DNA of 64,000 nucleotides, from NCBI GenBank assembly GCA_031552575.1, contig JAVBMH010000014.1, positions 44,222 through 108,221 of the forward strand. Reading direction: 5' to 3'. Of the stretch, positions 58,329 through 64,000 are shown piece after piece; positions within the stretch are counted from its first letter, which is position 1, and each line of letters opens with the position of its first letter. The notes beneath the pieces were generated by a model. It was given only the letters and a program-made list of their open reading frames with translations, had not been told where the DNA came from and made no database searches. This DNA is from Apibacter sp. (GTDB taxonomy: Bacteria > Bacteroidota > Bacteroidia > Flavobacteriales > Weeksellaceae). The position numbers were made by a program, and so were the translations under genes.

Positions 58329-58862
58329 ATGGCAACAATTAGAGACAATGAATTTTCATTCTTAATGACAGGTCTGAGTAATTTCAAATTTGAAATTCAG
58401 GACTATTGTATCACTGACGGACAACCCTGGGAAGGGATTGACAAAATTGAATGTGGAGATACCCAATGTACAATTAATGTGCGTGCAGGCAGAAAAGGAT
58501 CGGATAAGGTTAGTAACTGGTTTAAAGACAAAATAAAAGGAGGATCTGCTATAGGATGTGACACTTATGATTCACTTCCGGGATCACTTAATTTTGCTTT
58601 TATCGGAAAAATGTCTTTTACTCACGGAGGAAAAAAATATTCAGGTGAGAATATTGTAATAGCTCAGGGACATAATGCGAGATCCCGTAATAACTGGTGG
58701 ATCGGAGGTAAGGAAATGGCGGAAATCACAAAAATTGAAGTAGTACAGGTCGCAGCTATTGCCCAAACGTTTAAACAAGATAAAATACTTCCTTGTAAAG
58801 TGTTTTTTGCAACCTCTATCGGACATGTTTCCTCAATGAATATGGGACTTGTAGGTTTGTAA
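58329..58862 (+). CDS. Orphan hypothetical protein in an AT-rich islet
   Basis: 177 aa, no signal peptide, 6 Cys, no motif recognised. It has its own about 260-bp very AT-rich upstream region and its own terminator. Confidence 0.55.
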   Translation: MATIRDNEFSFLMTGLSNFKFEIQDYCITDGQPWEGIDKIECGDTQCTINVRAGRKGSDKVSNWFKDKIKGGSAIGCDTYDSLPGSLNFAFIGKMSFTHGGKKYSGENIVIAQGHNARSRNNWWIGGKEMAEITKIEVVQVAAIAQTFKQDKILPCKVFFATSIGHVSSMNMGLVGL

Positions 58863-58894
58863 GTCTCAATAATTACATACATTAATTTAGAATG

Positions 58895-58933
58895 CCGGAG
58901 AATTGTGTTGTAATTCTCCGGTATTTGTTATTT
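58895..58933 (+). terminator. Intrinsic terminator of the orphan gene
   Basis: Stem CCGGAGAATT / AATTCTCCGG with loop GTGTTGT, followed by TATTTGTTATTT. Confidence 0.7.
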
Positions 58934-59017
58934 ATATTTCGGTTCATCTAATTCAGAGAATAGTTGGAATATCTCACGAATATCGCTTAAATTGCAGGTT
59001 AATTTATCTGGGAGAGA

Positions 59018-62000
59018 ATGTTTTATTCATTATATAAATTTTTTTATAAGAAAAAACTTTTATTTTACTTTTTTATTGTTTTTATATTCGGCTTATTGGC
59101 TTTTGTAGCCAGAAATATAAACTTTGAAGAAGATATCACTAAGTTATTGCCTTCCAGTGAGAAATCCGAGAAAATTAAAGAAGTTCTTAGTACAGCCAAA
59201 TTTTCAGATAAGCTGATTGTTAACATTCAGGGAAATGATCTGGAAGAACTGAAATCCTATGCTCAGGACTTTGATTCCCTTACACAAAAAAATAGTAAAG
59301 AATACATTCAGAAAATCCAGACACAAGTAGAACAGGACAAAGTAATGGACGTTATGGATTTTGTACAATCCAATCTACCTTTGTTTCTGGATGAAAAAGA
59401 CTATCAGCATATAGATTCCCTGCTTCAGCCACAACAGATAGAAACTCGCGTACAGGAATCCTATCATTCCATAATTTCTCCAAGCGGATGGGTTACCACT
59501 CAGATGATCCGAACAGATCCGTTGGGAATGACTTTTTTAGGATTGAAAAAATTACAACAATTCCAGAGTATGGATAATTTCACTTTGGAAGACGGGTATG
59601 TAGTAAGTAAGAACAAGAAAAACCTTCTTATATTCATTACATCCCGTTTGTCAACCAGTGAAACAGATAAAAACTCAAAATTTATTCACTTGTTGGATGA
59701 AAACATTCAAAACCTGAATAAAAAATATAAAGGAAAAGCCGAAGCGGAATATTTTGGAGCGGTAGCAGCCGCAGTAGCTAATGCAAATCAGATCAAGTCG
59801 GATATACAGCTTACCATGAGTATTGCTTTTATCCTGTTATTTTCTTTATACATTTATTTTTACCGGAGGTTTTTTGTTCCTCTGGTGATTTTCGTTCCCG
59901 CCTTATTCGGGAGTTTGTTGGGAGTAGCAGTTCTCTATTTATTAAAAGGAACTATTTCGGCAGTTTCCATTGGGATTGGTTCCGTATTGCTGGGAATAAC
60001 TCTGGATTATTCGGTTCATATTTTGAGCCATTACCGGAGCAGTGGAGATATAAAACATCTGTTTAAAGATATTGTCAGTCCGTTACTGATGTGTGCTATT
60101 TTCACCGCAGTTGACTTTCTCTGTTTGTTTCTTTTACGTTCTGATGTATTGAAGGATCTTGGAGTTTTTGCCGCAGTCAGTGTAATGGGAGCGGCGTTAT
60201 TCGCACTGGTGTTTATTCCGCAAGCCTACACTCCAAAATCGAATGTTCAGTCGGTTCAGAATACCTTTATAGATAAACTTTCCGGATATGATTTTGAAAA
60301 GAATAAATATCTTTTAGTCGGATGTTTTGTTGTCATACTGGTCTGTTTGTTTACCTATCCGAAAGTAGGATTCAATAACGACCTGAACAATTTGAATTAC
60401 GTCCCCAAAAATCTGAAAACCGCTCAGGATCATTTGAATGAACTAAGTAATTATTCTTCAAAATCTGTTTATATGGTTTCTTACGGAGATACCTATGATC
60501 AGGCACTTGAAGCGAACCATAAGCTATACAAACAATTACAAGAAAAACAACAACAGCATTCTATTCTTAGCTTTAGTTCTATAGGCGGAGTGGTTTTATC
60601 CAAAACTGAACAACAACAAAAAATTGACAGATGGAACCAGTTTTGGACGGAAGAAAAGAAAGAAAAATTACAAGGATCATTAATTTCTGAAGGGAAAAAA
60701 GTTGGATTTAAAGATAATACTTTTGCACCGTTCTATGAATTACTTTCCACAGAGTATGAACCTTTGTCGGAAGAAGGATATAAATTGTTCAATGAATTAT
60801 TTCTGGATGATTTTGTTACTTCTAAAAAGAACCTGACAGGAATAACCACCATTCTAAAAACCAACCAGGAAAATACTCAAAACCTGATTAATGATATTTC
60901 CAAAAATAACAAAAATGTATTGGTCATAGACCGGAAAAACTTACAGGAAAATATTTTAGGCAATCTGGAGGAAGATTTCAATAATCTGTTCTGGATTTCC
61001 ACTATAGTAGTTTTTCTTGCTGTTTTTATCTATTTTGGAAGTATGGAAATTACCTTGCTCACCAATATTCCTATTTTCATAGGTTGGTTTGTTACTCTTG
61101 GAATTATGGGCATTTTTGGAGTGGATTTTAATGCATTTAACATTATTATCACCACCCTGATTTTCGGATTGGGAATAGACTATTCCATTTTCATTTCCAA
61201 GGCCTTATTGGAAGAATATACCTATGGAAAAAGTCAGATGAAAACCTATAAATCAGGAGTAATTATGTCTGCCCTCACCACTATCTTATGTTTCGGAGTC
61301 CTGATTTTCTCTAAACATCCTGCCATTAAATCTATTGCGATTATACCATTAATAGGCTTATTGGCTGTGGTTATTATTTCCTTCACTATTCAACCCTGGT
61401 TGTTTAACCTGATGTTAATGAATCCGCAGAAAAAAGGATATACACCTTTCCGGTTATTCAATTTCATTACAGCAATCATCGGATTCGGATACTTTTTAAT
61501 CAGCGCTTTACTATTAAATATATTTGCTTTTACTATATTTCCGCTGATTCCGGTAAAAAAATCGGTAAAAGTCCGGTATTTACATACAACTTTCAGATAT
61601 GCCTTTCGGTTTTTAATCTTGTTTTTCCCAAGAGTTAGAGTAAAACAGATAGGATATTCCCGGAAATTATATGATGAACCTTCCATAATCATAGCCAACC
61701 ATACTTCTGAACTGGATACTATTGTTTTGGGAATGATGGATAGCAGGCAAATATTTATGATCAATAATCGAATTTATCATTCCAAATTCTTTGGAAAAGC
61801 AATCCGGATAGTAGATTATTTTCCCTCTATGCACGATTTAGATGAAGGTTTGGAAAAGTTGAGGAGAAAAATAGAACAAGGATATTCCCTTATTATTTTC
61901 CCCGAAGGAACACGATCTGAAAATTCCCGGATTCATCGGTTCCATAAAGGAGCTTTTTATTTGGCCGAAAAATTACAATTGGATATTTTACCAATTATGA

Positions 62001-62668
62001 TTCATGGAAATGCCGACCGTTTACCTAAAAAAGAAACTTTGGTAAATTCAGGCAATATAACCATAAAATATTTAGATAAAATAGCCTGGAATGATCCGAA
62101 ATATGGAAGCACTTATTCGGAAAGAACAAAAGCAATTTTGAAATATTTCAGGGAAGAGTTTGAGAAATTTAAAGTCCCATTGGAAAAACCGGATTATTTT
62201 AAAAACAAATTGATGCTAAGTTACCTGTACAAAGGACATGCTTTGCAAAAAGAAATAAAACAGGAATATCAATCATACAAAAATATTTATCATATAATCA
62301 CAGAATTGATTCCAAAAGATTCCAGAATACTTCATATAGGGAGCGGATATGGAGTGATGGATTTATTGCTGGTCTATGATCAACCTCAAAGGAAAATAAC
62401 CGCCTATGAAAGGGAAGAAAATAAACGGAACATTTTTGAAAACTGTTATTCCGTTAAAAGGTATTCCATTCAAATTATTGATAAAATACCGGAAAATCGG
62501 TCATTTGATACCTTGATTCATACAGATGAAGAAAATCTGAATGAAATGGAAATTCCCGATACGGTAAATTATTTGGTAGTTTATAACAAAGAGAATAGAA
62601 AATTTCCATCTGCCGGATTTGAAGTTCTTTATGAAGAAAAAGGATTTACCGTATTAAGAAGAGAATGA
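59018..62668 (+). CDS. Trifunctional MMPL-family transporter / lysophospholipid (PlsC-type) acyltransferase / class I SAM methyltransferase fusion
   Basis: 1216 aa. Two 5-6-TM RND/MMPL-like bundles. PlsC motifs IIANHTSELD (HX4D) and FPEGTRS. C-terminal ILHIGSGYGVMDLLL (SAM motif I). Confidence 0.8.
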   Translation: MFYSLYKFFYKKKLLFYFFIVFIFGLLAFVARNINFEEDITKLLPSSEKSEKIKEVLSTAKFSDKLIVNIQGNDLEELKSYAQDFDSLTQKNSKEYIQKIQTQVEQDKVMDVMDFVQSNLPLFLDEKDYQHIDSLLQPQQIETRVQESYHSIISPSGWVTTQMIRTDPLGMTFLGLKKLQQFQSMDNFTLEDGYVVSKNKKNLLIFITSRLSTSETDKNSKFIHLLDENIQNLNKKYKGKAEAEYFGAVAAAVANANQIKSDIQLTMSIAFILLFSLYIYFYRRFFVPLVIFVPALFGSLLGVAVLYLLKGTISAVSIGIGSVLLGITLDYSVHILSHYRSSGDIKHLFKDIVSPLLMCAIFTAVDFLCLFLLRSDVLKDLGVFAAVSVMGAALFALVFIPQAYTPKSNVQSVQNTFIDKLSGYDFEKNKYLLVGCFVVILVCLFTYPKVGFNNDLNNLNYVPKNLKTAQDHLNELSNYSSKSVYMVSYGDTYDQALEANHKLYKQLQEKQQQHSILSFSSIGGVVLSKTEQQQKIDRWNQFWTEEKKEKLQGSLISEGKKVGFKDNTFAPFYELLSTEYEPLSEEGYKLFNELFLDDFVTSKKNLTGITTILKTNQENTQNLINDISKNNKNVLVIDRKNLQENILGNLEEDFNNLFWISTIVVFLAVFIYFGSMEITLLTNIPIFIGWFVTLGIMGIFGVDFNAFNIIITTLIFGLGIDYSIFISKALLEEYTYGKSQMKTYKSGVIMSALTTILCFGVLIFSKHPAIKSIAIIPLIGLLAVVIISFTIQPWLFNLMLMNPQKKGYTPFRLFNFITAIIGFGYFLISALLLNIFAFTIFPLIPVKKSVKVRYLHTTFRYAFRFLILFFPRVRVKQIGYSRKLYDEPSIIIANHTSELDTIVLGMMDSRQIFMINNRIYHSKFFGKAIRIVDYFPSMHDLDEGLEKLRRKIEQGYSLIIFPEGTRSENSRIHRFHKGAFYLAEKLQLDILPIMIHGNADRLPKKETLVNSGNITIKYLDKIAWNDPKYGSTYSERTKAILKYFREEFEKFKVPLEKPDYFKNKLMLSYLYKGHALQKEIKQEYQSYKNIYHIITELIPKDSRILHIGSGYGVMDLLLVYDQPQRKITAYEREENKRNIFENCYSVKRYSIQIIDKIPENRSFDTLIHTDEENLNEMEIPDTVNYLVVYNKENRKFPSAGFEVLYEEKGFTVLRRE

Positions 62669-64000
62669 TGGAAGAAACCTTCGATATAATAATTATTGGA
62701 AGCGGATTGGGAGGTTTGGTTTGTGCTAATATTCTTTTAAAAGAAGGATATAAAGTGTTGGTTTTGGAAAAAAATAATAAGTTGGGAGGAAACTTGCAAA
62801 CTTTTTCAAGAGACAAACGGATTTTCGATACTGGAGTTCATTACATAGGAAGTTTGGAGGAAGGAGAAGTTTTATATAAAATTTTTGATTACCTAGGAAT
62901 CATCAAGGAATTGAAATTAAAAAAGATGGATGAAAAATTTGATTTGATTTCCTTTGACAATGATCCGAACGAATATCCTGTTTCCCAGGGAAAAGAAAAC
63001 TTTATCAATAATTTACTGGAGTTTTTTCCGGAAGAAAAGCAATCTCTCCAAAAATATATGGAATTAGTGCAGGAATACGTTAACCACTTCCCATTGCATA
63101 ATTTAAAATCAGGAAACTTCTATCTGGAGGAGAATATCGAAATAATAGGGAAAAAAGCGGATGAAGTTATTAATTCGATAACCCAAAATGAAAAATTAAG
63201 AGCAGTATTATCCGGAATTAATTTTTTGTATGCCGGAGAAAAAGATAAAACGCCCTTTTATATTCATGCCTTAATATTGAATACCTATATCAAAAGTTCT
63301 TGGAGATGCGTAAAAGGCGGAAGTCAGATAGCTAAATTATTAGGTAAGAAAATTAAAGAAAAAGGAGGGAAAATAGTAAAAAATGCAGAAGTTGAGAATA
63401 TCTTTATGGAAGATGAAGAAGTGAAATATCTTCAGACTTCAGATGGGAGAAAATTTTATGCCCGCCGGTTTATTTCCAATATAGATGCAAAAAAGACAGT
63501 AAAGCTGATGAAAGGAGAAGAAATAAAAAAATCCTTTCAAAAAAGAATTTTTAATAACAAAGACACTATTTCCTCTTTTAGTTTATTTCTTACGTTGAAA
63601 CCCGGCACAATTCCCTATAAAAATTATAATTATTACCATTATAAAAATGCAGATAAAGTATGGGAAGTAGCAGATTATTCAGAAGAAAACTGGCCGGAAA
63701 ATTATATGATTTCTTTTGGTACAAAAACAGGGAATGATGAATTTGCCGAAGAAATGACCATTTTGGCCTATATGAAATATGATGAAGTGAAACAGTGGGA
63801 AGATACGTTTCATACAGTTAGTCATAAAAACAGTAGGGGAGAAGATTATGAAAAATTTAAAGAACAAAAGGCCGAAATTTTATTAAAAGAAGTAGAAAAA
63901 AAAATTCCGGATATCCGGAATGCAATTATAAATACATATGTATCTACTCCATTAACCTATCGGGATTATATGGGAACTTCTACCGGAGGAATGTATGGCT
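62665..64000 (+). CDS. FAD-dependent oxidoreductase, phytoene-desaturase (CrtI)-like; 3' end beyond the window
   Basis: Not in the ORF track because there is no stop in the window. ATGA overlap with the preceding gene. IIIIGSGLGGLVCANILLKEGYKVLVLEKNNKLGGN dinucleotide fold. The frame stays open to position 64000. Confidence 0.8.
   Translation, partial: MMEETFDIIIIGSGLGGLVCANILLKEGYKVLVLEKNNKLGGNLQTFSRDKRIFDTGVHYIGSLEEGEVLYKIFDYLGIIKELKLKKMDEKFDLISFDNDPNEYPVSQGKENFINNLLEFFPEEKQSLQKYMELVQEYVNHFPLHNLKSGNFYLEENIEIIGKKADEVINSITQNEKLRAVLSGINFLYAGEKDKTPFYIHALILNTYIKSSWRCVKGGSQIAKLLGKKIKEKGGKIVKNAEVENIFMEDEEVKYLQTSDGRKFYARRFISNIDAKKTVKLMKGEEIKKSFQKRIFNNKDTISSFSLFLTLKPGTIPYKNYNYYHYKNADKVWEVADYSEENWPENYMISFGTKTGNDEFAEEMTILAYMKYDEVKQWEDTFHTVSHKNSRGEDYEKFKEQKAEILLKEVEKKIPDIRNAIINTYVSTPLTYRDYMGTSTGGMYG

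Overview
Low-GC (about 35-40% by eye) Bacteroidota chromosome segment, most likely Flavobacteriales (Chryseobacterium/Weeksellaceae-like). That guess rests on a flexirubin-type pigment cluster, lipoprotein signal peptides and TAnnTTTG -7 promoter boxes. There are three blocks. (1) 1-15.8 kb is housekeeping: MocR-type regulator, TonB-dependent receptor, CbpA/CbpM chaperone pair, pirin, a GapN-like aldehyde dehydrogenase, two tandem paralogous APC permeases, map, methyltransferases. (2) About 15.85-28.0 kb is an AT-rich accessory block with a defective Mu-like transposable prophage. It keeps a putative repressor, a Ner-like HTH, a DDE transposase, a MuB-like ATPase and a GemA-like protein. A second repressor/HTH module follows, then a tail-assembly-chaperone pair with a textbook -1 frameshift signal, a tape measure protein and a ClpP-like protease. 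No portal, terminase, capsid, baseplate or lysis genes and no recognisable right end were found. (3) 28.0-64.0 kb is a flexirubin-type (aryl-polyene plus dialkylresorcinol) pigment cluster in three sub-blocks: 28.46-41.9 kb, 47.1-58.1 kb and 59.0 kb to beyond the window end. It is interrupted by a receiver-domain/PEP-binding-domain protein plus gdhA, and by an orphan gene in an extremely AT-rich islet. Other observations: a ~190-bp palindromic dispersed repeat present twice; purine-rich 'word' arrays directly after stop codons at operon ends; and operator-like palindromes between the divergent prophage control genes. I saw no rRNA, tRNA or CRISPR array. All functional calls come from motif and architecture recognition by eye, with no database search. 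Boundaries of non-coding features are approximate.
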